From contig NW_024055497.1 in assembly GCF_902713615.1 (NCBI RefSeq), positions 1,458,420-1,522,419 on the forward strand: DNA of 64,000 nt, read 5' to 3'. The notes beneath the pieces are model-generated. The model was not told the DNA's origin, did no database searches, and was given only the letters and a program-made list of their open reading frames with translations. This DNA is from Scyliorhinus canicula. Lineage: Eukaryota. Below are positions 23,431 through 37,149 of the stretch, piece by piece; the stretch's first letter is position 1, and the number at the start of each line of letters is the position of its first letter. The translations under genes were made by a program, and so were the position numbers.

Positions 23431-26400
23431 TATGTTTGTGGAAATAGGATTAGGGATACATCATCATCATGGATTATACCTGACAGTAACATTTCACAGT
23501 AACTGCAATTGCACAGTTTGGCCAGCAGATGGCATTTACATCGAGATGCCTAACGATACATGAAGCGGACATTAACTCAATAATTAATGCAGTGATCCCC
23601 GTCTGTTCATTTTAAATTGGACTCCATATGTATTTTTGTTAGACTAGACTCTGTCTTTGTTTATAATACACGACACTCTGTGTCAATTAATACTGCACCA
23701 GTACACCTCAACGTGTATGCCACATAATCACTGTGATCCCATTTTCAATGTTTCGGATCTGCCTTTGCAGTTTTGCCTCATCCAGTCCTGAATAGTAATG
23801 AACAAATAAACAAAAAGCTGGAATAGGAGCCTCAATAAAATTCCCCTCTTCAGTTATGGGGGAGCCCAGCACATCAGTGCAAAAAACAAGACTGAAAGTT
23901 CCTGCCAGAGGTGCCGAGAGGATGATCCATCTCGGCCTCCTCCGGTGGTCTGCATCATCATGGATGTCAGTCTTCAGCAAATTTGATTCACTCCACACGA
24001 TATCAACAAACGGCTGACGGCGCTGATAATGTTATTATTCCTGGCAGCATTCCAGCAACAATACTGAAGATTTGTGCTGCAGAACTAGCTGCGCCCCAGA
24101 CAAGTTTCTCCAGTGCAGGTGCAGCACTGACATGTACCCAACAATGTGTAACATTGCCAAACATGACCCGTCCACAAAAGGCAGGAAAAACCCAACCCGG
24201 CCAATTATTTCCCTATTCGTCCGCACTCGGTCATCAGCAACTTCATGAAAAGTGTCAAGGTTCATCCTGTCACGTATAGTGTCCTAGCATAGTGTCCCCA
24301 GCCCTCGCTTCACACTTCATCATAACGTCAGAAGTGGGAATGTTCGCTGATGATTACTCAATGTTCTGCACCATATTCGACTCCACAAATACTGAAGCAG
24401 TTTCTCTTCATATGCAACAGACTTGGACAACATTCAGGTTTGGGCTGACAAGTGTCAGGGAATGACCATCCCAAAAAGGGAGATGCTAACCATGTCCCCT
24501 GGACTTTAAATGACACTACCGTGATTTAATACCCCACTATAAACATCCTCTGCATTATCATTGATTAAAAACTGAAGTGGAAGAATCTTTTAAATAATAT
24601 TGCTACAAGAGCAGGTCAGTGGCTGGAAATTCTGGAAATTCACCTCCTGACTTCCTAACCCAGAACCACCATCGATAAGGCAGAAGTCAGGAGTTTAATT
24701 GAATGAAATTTGTCTGAAATGTGTTCCTCAAGCAATTTTGAGAATCGCGACTCCATCCAGGACAAAGCAGCCGTCTCGACGAACACCCCATCCACCAGCT
24801 TAAATATTCACTCCCTAAATCACGGGCGTACAATTCTAGCAGCGTGAACGATATACAAGGATCTATTGCAGCAACTGCCTCCTTTTATAGCACCTTCCAA
24901 ACCCACGAACTCAGCCATCTAAAAGGACCAGGTCCAGCAGATTCATTGTAACAGCAGGACCTGCAAGTTCCCGCCAAGCCTCACACATCTTGATGGGAAC
25001 TATGTCTCTGTTCCTTCGCCGTCACTGGTCAAAATCCTGGAACTCCCTTCCTATCAACACTGTGGGTGTACTTGCTCAGTATAGAATACAATGGTTCAAT
25101 AAGAGGGCTCAACACCACATTCTCGAGGGCAATTAGGAATTGGCATCAAATGCTGACGTTACTGTCGAAGCCAAGATCCTATTAAATCATTTTAAACATA
25201 TTCTCTGCTTACATTCACCCAGCCCCGGCCTCTGTTTACATTACTCTCGGCCATGTGTCTATCACATTGCAACAGGCTCTGTCTCAGTTTTCCTGCACTC
25301 GGCTGAATATCAGTTATTAATATACCAGCACACACCCTGTTTATATTACTAATCATTAATAATGACGGCACTGCCACATGTCTGGGTTAATCTGACAAGA
25401 AACACGTCACAATGGTTACAGCATCAGAACGTTTATCTGTGCATCGTAACTGGAACAACGGTCTGTTTGCATCACGTGGTTCAGTCTCAGTTATTACTCT
25501 ACTAGATAGTTAGATTCTAATAAACTCAATCCTGCTTTAGTTGATGCTGCACCTGTCCATTCCCTGTTTATCTAACACACGGCCCTGCGTGTTATTCTTG
25601 TATTATACAATATCCTTCTTATTGCTGCATTGTTTATGTCTCAATTTGTGTCAGTCGACACTCCGCTAGACCAGAACTCAGATTATATTACACTCGACCC
25701 AGTCTCTGCTTATGTTACCGGCGGCACGGTTATACAGTGGTTAGGACTGCTGCCACATAGATCCAGGGTTCAATTCTTGACTATCGTGTGGCGTTTGCAC
25801 TTTCCCCCTGTGCCTGAGTGGCATTCCTCCGGGTGCTCCGGTTTCCTCCCATAGTCGAAAGATGTGTAGGTTAAGTTTATTGGCCATTCTAAATTGCTCG
25901 TGAGTGTCCAGGGATGCGCTGGGCAGGGGATTGGGGTGGGTGCTCTTTCATAGGTCGGTGCAGATGCTATGGGCCGAGTGACGTTCTACCCTGTAGGGAT
26001 TCTATATTTGATACTGAATTTGTCTATTTTTTTCCGAGACCTGCTCACTTTTACGAATGCACCAGATGATGTCTCTGCTTTTAACTGTGGGCGCGTTATT
26101 CCACATGTCTTTGAGATGAAAATATAAAATAATAAATAGATATTTTGGACAAGAAATCAGTATATGGCAACATCCTGAAACGGGATGTATCGTGTATACA
26201 GTGTGTGCTATGCAACATTTGATATTCATTTTCAGTGCAGTCAGCAGAACTAGATTTCAGTTGGCACTTCTTCGTTGCCAGTGCCCAAGACCAATCCCTA
26301 CCCCAGAGAGTTGGATGTGTAGGAGGATGCAGAGTATTGTGTTTCCATGTGCTTGTTGCCCTTGTGATTCTCGGATGTCTCGTGTATGGAAGGTGCTGTT

Positions 26401-27879
26401 GAACAATTCTTGGCGAGTTTCTGCAGTGCATCCCGTCGATGTTACACAATGCAGCTACTGCATGCCTGCTGTGAAGAGAATGAATGTTGCTATAACATGA
26501 GGTACTCAGCTATTTATCTAATGGTCCTTTGTTTCTGTTGCACAATTACAACTATTCAATTCCCTTAGTCTATTGCTCTAGGCCCAGGCAATGGAAGTGA
26601 AGTTGTACAATTTGAAATGGCTGCAAGAAGATCAGAAAGATCTGCGGGTGTCTGTACACACAGCTAGGGTGCTGACAAGACAGATTATGACGTTTACCTG
26701 GACATAGATTAGCATTGCTCATTAAAGCATTTTACATTATTACTGTTCCTTCAGGATTTTTTAAATCTTCACACTTTCCACCCCAGCCACTTTCCACATT
26801 ACTGTGCATGCTCTTCCGCAGCAATGACTGAGGTCGGGTCCAATTTAATATGAACAGAGACATGGCCCAGTGCAGTACTGAGGCTGTATCTAATGTAACA
26901 CAGAGACAGGTTTAAATTAATAGAAACAGAGTCAGGTTCTAGGTTAATCTAAACAGAGACAAACAGGGTCCATAAGATATAGGAGTAGAATTAGGCCATT
27001 CGACCCATCGAGGCTGCTCCGCCATTAAATCATGGCCGATATTTTCCTCATCCCCATTCTCCTGCCTTCTCCCAATAACCCTTGAACTCCTTATTGATCA
27101 AGACAATCCTCTAATTGGTGGTCTAGTTTAATATGAACAAATAGAAAAAGGTCCTTATTGAATATTAACTGACACAAGTACGAGGTAGTATAACACAGAC
27201 AGAGCCGGGTTCACGGTCAGGTACAATACAGAGGCAGGGCCGACTGTCCTTTCAAACACTCGCAGGACAGTTGGCTCACTGGTTGGAGACATGACTTCGC
27301 CCGGACTTCTTCAATCACACTGTCCCCATCAAACATTCCCAGAGCAGCTGCAGATTTTAAGGGGGGCTGGTTCAGCACAGTGGGGTAAATAGCTGACTTG
27401 CAATGCAGAACAATGCCATCAGCGTGGGTTCAATTCCCATACCGGGCTCTACTGACAGGCGCCGGAATGTGGCGACTAGGGGCTTTTCACAGTAACTTCA
27501 TTGAAGCCGACTTGTGACAATAAGCTCTTATTATACAGAATGAAATTCCCTCTAAATCACTCGCTTAAACACATTAAAGGTCTGGAAATCAAGGGTTCTA
27601 TGCCAGGTAAAACCTCTTCTGCACTCTTCCTCAGAGATCCCCAAGGCAGGTTGACAGTGGGGTAAAGAAACCTGTGCATTTACTGGATAAAGAAACTTGT
27701 GCATTTTTCCATCGAACTCACCCAGGTCAGGTACAGCATAGTTCAGATACGTAGTAAATCTCCCTGTGCACAGTCATAACAAACACTCACAGGGCAGGTT
27801 CAGTGCAGGTTACGTGCCAGTAAAGCTTGCTCTTCCCCGGACAATCAAATGCTCCATGGTCACGGCAGCTTGGTGAAGT

Positions 27880-30800
27880 ACAAGAAAACCACGGTGGTTG
27901 GGAAGCGGGAGCAGGGGCCTGTCGTGAAGGTGAGTGAGTGCCTTTAAATTTGCTTAACTATCAGCGGGAGCAGGGTTTGAGGTAATATCAGGTAAGCTCT
28001 TCCTTTCTTTTTCTTTTTCTTGTTTTTTTTTAAAATCTAGAGGTGATGTCAGGGAAGGCAGTACAATGCTCCTCCTGCAGAATGTTTGAGGTGAGGGACG
28101 CCGTCAGTGTCCCTGCTGATTTCATCTGTGGGAAGTGAACCCAACTCCAGCTCCTGAAAAACCGTGTTAGGGACCTGGAGCTTGAGCTGGATGAACTTCG
28201 GATCATTCGGGAGGCAGAGGGGGTCATAGATAGGAGCTTCAGGGAAGTAGTTACACCAAAGACTGGAGATAGATGGGTAACTGTAAGAGGGACTGGGAAG
28301 AAGCAGTCAGTGCAGGGACCCCCTGCGGTCGTTCCCCTGAGTAACAAGTATACCGTTTTGGATACTTGTGGGGGGGACGACTTACCAGGGGTAAGCCATG
28401 GGGTACGGGCCTCTGGCACGGAGTCTGTCCCTGTTGCTCAGAAGGGAAGGGGGGGAAAGGAGTAGAACATTAGTAATTGGGGACTCAATAGTCAGGGGCA
28501 CAGATAGGAGATTTTGTGGGAGCGAGAGAGACTCACGTTTGGTATGTTGCCTCCCAGGTGCAAGGGTAAGTGATGTCTCGGATCGTGTTTTCCGGGTCCT
28601 TAAGGGGGAGGGGGAGCAGCCCCAAGTCGTAGTCCACATTGGCACTAACGACATAGGTAGGAAAGGGGACAAGGATGTCAGGCAGGCCTTTAGGGAGCTA
28701 GGATGGAAGCTCAGAGCGAGAACAAACAGAGTTGTTATCTCTGGGTTGTTGCCCGTGCCACGTGATAGTGAGATGAGGAATAGGGAGAGAGAGCAATTAA
28801 ACACGTGGCTACAGGGATGGTGCAGGCGGGAGGGATTCAGATTTCTGGATAACTGGGGCTCGTTCTGGGGAAGGTGGGACCTCTATAGACAGGATGGTCT
28901 ACATCTGAACCTGAGGGGCACCAATATCCTGGGGGGGAGATTTGTTAGTGCTCTTTGGGGGGGTTTAAACTAATTCAGCAGGGGCATGGGAACCTGGATT
29001 GTAGTTTTGGGGTACGGGAGATTGAGAGTATGGAGGTCAGGAGCACAGATTTGACTTCTCAGGAGGGTGCCAGTGTTCAGGTAGGTGGTTTGAAGTGTGT
29101 CTACTTCAATGCCAGGAGTATACGAAATAAGGTAGGGGAACTGGCAGCATGGGTTGGTACCTGGGACTTCGACGTTGTGGCCATTTCAGAGACATGGATA
29201 GAGCAGGGACAGGAATGGTTGTTGCAGGTTCCGGGGTTTAGGTGTTTTAGTAAGCTCAGAGAAGGGGGCAAAAGAGGGGGAGGTGTGGCGCTGCTAGTCA
29301 AGGACAGTATTACGGTGGCGGAAAGGATGCTAGATGGGGACTCTTCTTCTGAGGTAGTCTGGGCTGAGGTTAGAAACAGGAAAGGAGAGGTCACCCTGTT
29401 GGGAGTTTTCTATAGGCCACCTAATAGTTCTAGGGATGTAGAGGAAAGGATGGCGAAGATGATTCTGGAAAAGAGCGAAAGTAACAGGGTAGTTGTTATG
29501 GGAGACTTTAACTTTCCAAATATTGACTGGAAAAGATATAGTTCGAGTACATTAGATGGGTCGTTCTTTGTACAATGTGTGCAGGAGGGTTTCCTGACAC
29601 AATATGTTGACAGGCCAACAAGAGGCGAGGCCACATTGGATTTGGTTTTGGGTAATGAACCAGGCCAGGTGTTAGATCTGGAGGTAGGTGAGCACTTTGG
29701 AAACAGTGACCACAATTCGGTGACCTTTACGTTAGTGATGGAAAGGGATAAGTATACCCCGCAGGGCAAGAGTTATAGCTGGGGGAAGGGCAATTATGAT
29801 GCCATTAGACATGACTTAGGATGTGTTGGTTGGAGAAGTAGGCTGCAAGGGTTGGGCACACTGGATATGTGGAGCTTGTTCAAGGAACAGCTATTGCATG
29901 TTCTTGATAAGTACGTACCAGTCAGGCAGGGAGGAGGGGGTCGAACGAGGGAACCGTGGTTTACCAAAGAAGTGGAATCTCTTGTTAAGAGGAAGAAGGA
30001 GGCCTATGTGAAGATGAGGCATGAAGTTTCAGTTGGGGCGCTTGATAGTTACAAGGAAGCGAGGAAGGATCTAAAGAGAGAGCTGAGACGAGCAAGGAGG
30101 GGACATGAGAAGTCTTTGGCAGGTAGGATCAAGGAAAACCCAAAAGCTTTCTATAGGTATGTCAGGAATAAAAGAATGACTAGGGTAAGAGTAGGGCCAG
30201 TCAAGGACAGTGGTGGGAAGTTGTGTGTGGAGGCTGAGGAGATAAGCGAGATACTAAATGAATACTTTTCGTCAGTATTCACTCAAGAAAAAGATAATAT
30301 TGTGGAGGAGAATGCTGAGACCCAAACTATTAGAATAGATGGCATTGAGGTGCGTAGGGAAGAAGCGTTGGCAATTCTGGACAAGGTGAAAATAGATAAG
30401 TCCCCGGGGCCAGATGGGATTTATCCTAGGATTCTCTGGGAAGCCAGGGAAGAGATTGCTGAGCCTTTGGCTTTGATTTTTAGGTCATCATTGGCTACAG
30501 GAATAGTGCCAGAGGACTGGAGGATAGCAAATGTGGTCCCTTTGTTCAAGAAGGGGAGTAGAGATAACCCCGGTAACTATAGGCCGGTGAGCCTAACGTC
30601 TGTGGTGGGTAAGGTCTTGGAGAGGATTATAAAAGATACGATTTATAATCATCTAGATAGGAATAATATGATTAGGGATAGTCAGCATGGTTTTGTGAAG
30701 GGTAGGTCATGCCTCACAAACCTTATCGAGTTCTTTGAGAAGGTGACTGAACAGGTAGACGAGGGTAGAGCAGTTGATGTGGTGTATATGGATTTCAGTA

Positions 30801-31952
30801 AAGCGTTTGATAAGGTTCCCCACGGTCGGCTATTGCAGAAAATACGGATGCTGGGGATTGAGGGTGATTTAGAGATGTGGATCAGAAGTTGGCTAGTTGA
30901 AAGAAGACAGAGAGTGGTAGTTGATGGGAAATGTTCAGAATGGAGTTCAGTTACGAGTGGCGTACCACAAGGATCTGTTCTGGGGCCGTTGCTGTTTGTC
31001 ATTTTTATAAATGACCTAGAGGAGGGCGCAGAAGGATGGGTGAGTAAATTTGCAGACGACACTAAAGTCGGTGGAGTTGTAGACAGTGCGGAAGGATGTT
31101 GCAGGTTACAGAGGGACATAGATAAGCTGCAGAGCTGGGCTGAGAGGTGGCAAATGGAGTTTAATGTGGAGAAGTGTGAGGTGATTCACTTTGGAAAGAA
31201 TAACAGGAATGCAGAATATTTGGCTAATGGTAAAATTCTTGGTAGTGTGGATGAGCAGAGGGATCTCGGTGTCCATGTACATAGATCCCTGAAAGTTGCC
31301 ACCCAGGTTGATAGGGTTGTGAAGAAGGCCTATGGTGTGTTGGCCTTTATTGGTAGAGGGATTGAGTTCCGGAGCCATGAGGTCATGTTGCAGTTGTACA
31401 AAACTCTAGTACGGCCGCATTTGGAGTATTTCGTACAGTTCTGGTCGCCTCATTATAGGAAGGACGTGGAAGCTTTGGAAAGGGTGCAGAGGAGATTTAC
31501 CAGGATGTTGCCTGGCATGGAGGGAAAATCTTATGAGGAAAGGCTGATGGACTTGAGGTTGTTTTCGTTAGAGAGAAGAAGGTGAAGAGGTGACTTAATA
31601 GAGGCATACAAAATGATCAGAGGGTTGGATAGGGTGGACAGCGAGAGCCTTCTCCCGCGGATGGAGGTGGCTAGCACGAGGGAACATAGCCTTAAATTGA
31701 GGGGTAATAGATATAGGACAGAGGTCAGAGGTGGGTTTTTTACGCAAAGAGTGGTGAGGCCGTGGAATGCCCTACCTGCAACAGTAGTGAACTCGCCAAC
31801 ATTGAGGGCATTTAAAATTTTATTGGATAAGCATATGGATGATAAGGGCATAGTGTAGGTTAGATGACCTTTAGTTTTTTTTCCATGTCGGTGCAACATC
31901 GAGGGCCGAAGGGCCTGTACTGCGCTGTATCGTTCTATGTTCTATGTTCTAT
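27880..31952 (+). mobile_element. Near full-length CR1-clade LINE (ORF1 zinc finger + SGNH esterase; ORF2 APE + RT), disabled
   Basis: ORF1 starts at ATG 28046 (CSSC...CGK*, stop 28136-28138) and continues after a frameshift as VIGDSIVRG... to 28973. ORF2 28955-31585 has YFNARS, ISETW, MGDFN, GVPQGSVLGP and FADD, with a premature TGA at 31583-31585, and resumes to 31858. 3' tail (tgttcta)n at ~31931-31952. The 5' boundary is approximate. Confidence 0.93.
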
Positions 31953-34900
31953 GAAAGATTCTCCGGCCCTTCCACCTCAAATCCTCGCCACCATGTGCAC
32001 CCAAACCAGATACAGAGTAAAATTGTCTCTGCAGTTCTCATTAAACACTCCAAGGTCATGAATACTCCAGCCACAATTTAGAGTTAAACTCCCTCTATGT
32101 ATTCCAATTCATTGGATTCAATCCATTTAGTTGTAAGCCAACGGGGTGTGATCGGGCTGAGAGAATGTATTGGCCACATGTTGACTTCATGTTGTCGATT
32201 AAACACAATGACCCATCGTGGAGAGACATGAGACAGAACCAGTTAGGAGAAACACACAGAGAGAGATAGGATACAGGAAAACTTTACGAACACATTTTGC
32301 ATGTCTTTATATTTAGAGATTAGAGGGAATCTTTCCTAATTGTGAACATGGATATCATCATGAAATTCTTCTCATATAACTGATGAATGAAAAATGTCGA
32401 AAAACAATCACTACCGTTGATCTATTTGCATCTTTGGCTCTATTTCTGTGCTGTGTTGGTGTGGAGACATTTGTTTTGCTTTTCTCAGTCCGCAATCTAA
32501 TCTGGAACTTCTATTTCTGTGTTTAACACCTCACTAGTCACAATGGAGTGTTCATTTCAGCAAAACCAGGTAAACACAATCACGTATTGATTAGTTTCAA
32601 CTCAAAATAGCAGTTTATTTTAAGAATATTGACAGTTGGTTAAAATGAACAGAAACTTCCATTAGAACAGATGTTACTTAATTGAAAGAAAAAATCCATT
32701 TAAATTAAGTATTCATTCTGAAAGTTATGAAGCCTCTGTTAAGAAAGCATCTTTAACCAGCTACTTTCCACTGAATGTTAATTTGATTGAAATATTGACC
32801 AATTTAAAGTAGATAAATTAAAACATCAGGCAGAGGAGAAATCAATAGCCACGTTAATCTCAGATCTTTCGACATATTACAACCTACATTTTAAAATGTT
32901 AACATTTGGAAAGAGCTTGCTTTTGTAAAACCCTTTACCCGACCTCAGGTCACCATCAACGCCCTTAAAACTCTGATATATTTTTGCTGAATTTAGTCTC
33001 TGTTGTAATGTTGGAAACAGAGCAGGGAATTTGTGCACAGCAAGCTCCCACAAACTGAGATGTGATAAGTGACCAGCTAATCTGTGATTTTAGTTAAAGA
33101 ATGGACATTGGACGAGGATAATGGGAAAAACAGCTCTTAGAATTATGTCAGTGAGGAAATCCACCTGAAATGTGAGTCCGTTCCTCTCTCTGCTGATGCT
33201 CACTGACCTGCTAAGCAGCCTTTTTTGTTGTTTTTGTTTTAGATTTCCGGAATCTGCCGCACTTTGAAGAGTTTTGGATTCATTCTCGCCATACGGCCAT
33301 CAGTGACGAAGTCAGCATTAACTGCCCATACTGAGAAGCCGGATGTGAACCACCTTTTTGATAAGGTGCACTTCAGGCGGTTAATTCACATTTGACTTTC
33401 TGTAGCATCTTCCCGTCAACTGACTTGCTTGCTCGGCAATATCAGAGATAGTTAATATTCAACCCATCATTGTTGAACCAGAGTCACATATGGGCCAGAT
33501 AGGATAAGGAGGGAAGATTTCTTCTCCTGAAGGATGTTGGTGAACCTTCTAGGCTTTGGGAAATTTCGATAAATTCATCGGTATTATGAATTACACGACG
33601 ATTGTTTTCTGATTTTTTGATTCATTCAATTGCAAGTCCCCACAGCTGCCATAAAACCATAAGATTGAGGAGCAGAAGTTGGCCATTCGACCCATGGAAT
33701 ATGATCTGCCATTCAATGACATCGTGGCTGATCTGACAAAATCGTCAACTCCACGTTTCCACCTTATCCCCATAACCCTTGATTCCCTTACTGATGAAAA
33801 ATCTGTCTTTCTCAGCCTTGAACATATTTATTGACCAGGCCAACTCTCTACGGCAAATAATTCTATAGAATCAGTACCCTCTGAGAGAAGAAATTCCTCT
33901 TCATCCTCGTCTGAAATGAGTGGCACCTTACGCTGAGATTGTGGCCTATGGTCCTAGACTCTCCCAAAAGCGGGAACAACCTCTAGCATCTCCATTGTCA
34001 AGCCGCCTGAGAATACTATATATCTCAGTGACTTCGCCTCTCATTCTTCCAAACTCCAATGCGTGTAGGCCTAACCGACTTAAGCTCTCCCCATGTCAGC
34101 CTCTGTGGTGCAATTGGTCAGCGTGTTTGGCTGTTTATTGAAACGTCTGTGATTCAAAGCCAGATTCTTCTTTTTCTGCTGACAGGTAGAGCAACAATGG
34201 GTCGGAAGGTCTCTTTCTGTGCTGTGAAACGCTACCTAGCGTTGAAAATCCCTCCATACTCCGGCTTAACCTAAAGAACCTTCTCTGGACTGCCTCCCAA
34301 ATATCTATCCTTATATAAGGATACCAAAACTGTTCACAGCATTACAATATACCCTGGTGGAATTTGTACTCCTGTTTCTGGAGAGTAATTAGTTCAGGCC
34401 TCCAGATTACCAGTTTCGTAATAATATTGCGAGACTATCCCAAAGGCTGTAATATCATCACATCTAAAAGATGGAACGATTGACCATTAAACACTCCTTC
34501 TGCATTGGATCACAGGTCTGGATCATGTGCTCAGGTATCTGTTGTGGGAGGTGATAGTGATTCCACTGAGACAAAACTGTTAACCTATCATGATTTGTAT
34601 TTTGACATTCTGAAATATTGCTCAGTGAATCTAAAGTTCAAACTATGGGTCCAGTGTTACATGGCCAATTTAATTTTCAGAGGCTGTTCTGTTATTAGTC
34701 TTGGGTCTTATTCTGACACGATGGTAACGATGAATGGGAATTCCACTGGCTCCATATAAAATATCAGTTATTCCAAAAATAGCATCTAAATGCAAGCAAG
34801 GCAGAATCATATGCACAACTTGATCTTCCCACGGTCATAGCGGTTGGAAGCTGGGATTGTTTTCCTTAGGACCGAGCAGGTTATGGGAAGGCGTGGTAAA

Positions 34901-37130
34901 AATGGTCAAAATTAAGAATGGTTTTGTTTGATTAATTGGGAAGAAACTTCATTCACTGGCCGGAGGGTCAGAAAAAGAGGACACTGATTAATTAATTCCC
35001 CCCTCTGATTATAAACCGATCAAATTGCAACAGGACTAGACAGAGCGGATGCAGAAAGGGTGTTCCCGATGGTGGGGGAAGCTAGAACGAGGGGTCACCA
35101 TCTAAGAATACGGGGTAAGCCATTTAGGATTGAGATGAGGAGCAATGTCTTCACCCTGGGAGTCGTGAATCTGTGGAATTCTCTACCACAGAACGAAGTT
35201 GAGTCGGAAGTATTGCAGTTTTAAAGAAAGAGTTAGACATAGCTCTTGGGGATCAAAGCTCTAAAGGGCCCAAATGAATCGGGGGAAAGCGGAACGGGCT
35301 GGATGGGCAGAATGGTCTACTCCTGCTCTATTTTTAATGTCACTGTATTACATCAAATCCATTCCTTCTCATGCCGAATGAGACCCTGTCTTCATTTATA
35401 TTAAAGTAAACCATGTCGCTGTCTATACTACACTGTTCTGCTTGTGTTACACGCAATCAATACTACTCTAGACCGTGCATATGATTATATTACATTAAGT
35501 TCCGCCTCTTTTATGTTCCACGGGAATTTGTCTCTTTACATCACACCAGGACCTTTCCCCGTTGATATTTTACCGGACCATGTTCCTGTTGCCTGTCTCG
35601 ATATTATAAATGATTGTATATATTTGCTTGTTTGTACTAGGACAATCATTGTTGATTTGGAGGTTATATTAATTCTTCTTCATACCTATAAGTAGTTCTA
35701 TGAAATTTGCTCTGTATTTGTTCTGCTATCTGTGGGTAATATTGAGTTTGAAATTTTACCAACTTCCAAGGAATGAACTGGGCTTGAGGGACATGTCTAC
35801 ATATGAACAGCGATGCACAGGACTTTCCAAAAGCTAATGGAATTCTCTGTTTTGTTCAAAATGATGAATTTACTCTTGTGCTACACTCTATCCATAGGAA
35901 AGTTGTTTTCATGGTGAGGATTATTTTCCTGCCTAGTTTTATATTCACCAATCATCTGATACACAGGCAGTGTCAGACAGATCAGTGCTCTCACAGAATA
36001 ACCAGATTGGCACCCACAGGATAAATGTCCACCCAACCATAGAACTCTCATCTGGTTAAGAAGAGCAAGTGAATTCTCTGCAAAAAGGGATTGACCGTTC
36101 GTGTAGGTGTGCATATAAAATATTGTTCTTGAGTTTTGCAACTGTAATCGATCAAGACGTAATGTTATCTTCAGAATTAATTGTTTCACTTTGCGGTGTC
36201 TTCATGTGCCTCGGCCCTAATCTCTGGTATGCATTCCGTACTCCTCTTTACCTCAATTCCCTTATTAAAATCACCCCATATAACCTGCCTCGTCGACCAA
36301 GTTTTTAATCATCTGACCTAATAACTCTTTACACATATATTAATCCAGACCCTGCAGCAGGAATGGCTGCAATAGACCCTACCTCAGTTTATAATATTCC
36401 AGACCCTGAATCAATAATCACTGCTCTATATCCTATATCATTTAAGGGTAATCAACCATTGTATCAGTAATTTCTGCACTAGAACCTGTCTCGGTTTCTG
36501 TTAGTCTGGACCCTGCATCAGTAATCACTGCACTAGATCCAATCTCTGTAGCACTGTTGCTTCATAGCGCTAGAGTCCCAGTCTGTGCGGAGTCTGCACG
36601 TTTTCCCCGTGTCTGCGTGGGTTTCCATCAGGTGCTCCGGTTTCCTCCCACAAGTCCCGAAAGATGTGCTGTTAGGTAACCTGGACATTCTGAATTCTCC
36701 CTCTGTGCACCCAAACAGACGCCGGAATGTGGCGACTAGGAGCTTTTCAGTGACTTCATTGCAGTGCTAGTATCAGCGACTTTGTGACAAAACAGATTAT
36801 TAGATTAGTTTAGGTTAATCTCCACCCTTATTGAGTGACAATCGGTTTAGACCTTGTCACAGAGTCATGGAGAGTTAGAGGTTTACAATACAGAAAGATG
36901 GCCATTACCCACCATATCTGCGGTGGCAATCAGGTACCTATCTATTCTAAGATAGTCCATAGATCGTCTTCCTACCATAAAACCATAAGATACATGAGCA
37001 GAATTCGATCATTCAGCCAATCGAGTGTGCTCCGCATTCAATCATGGCTGTTATGTTTCTAATAGCCTATCTCTTGCCTTCACGCCATAACCTCTGATCC
37101 CCTTATTAATCAAGAAACGATCTATCTCTG
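31953..37130 (+). repeat. Segmental duplication copy A
   Basis: Colinear with 37150-41400, e.g. gagacagaaccagttaggagaaa at ~32230/~37432, ctgagaagccggatgtgaaccacctttttgataagg at ~33331/~38891, agaacctgtctcgg at ~36481/~40993. Confidence 0.85.
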
Positions 37131-37149
37131 TCAGCCTGTTTGGATATAG

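Noticed and set aside
32080-32220. Short minus-strand frame open in both duplication copies (...KWIE.NELEYI...)
   Set aside because: Many non-synonymous differences between copies and no AG acceptor; no sign of purifying selection.
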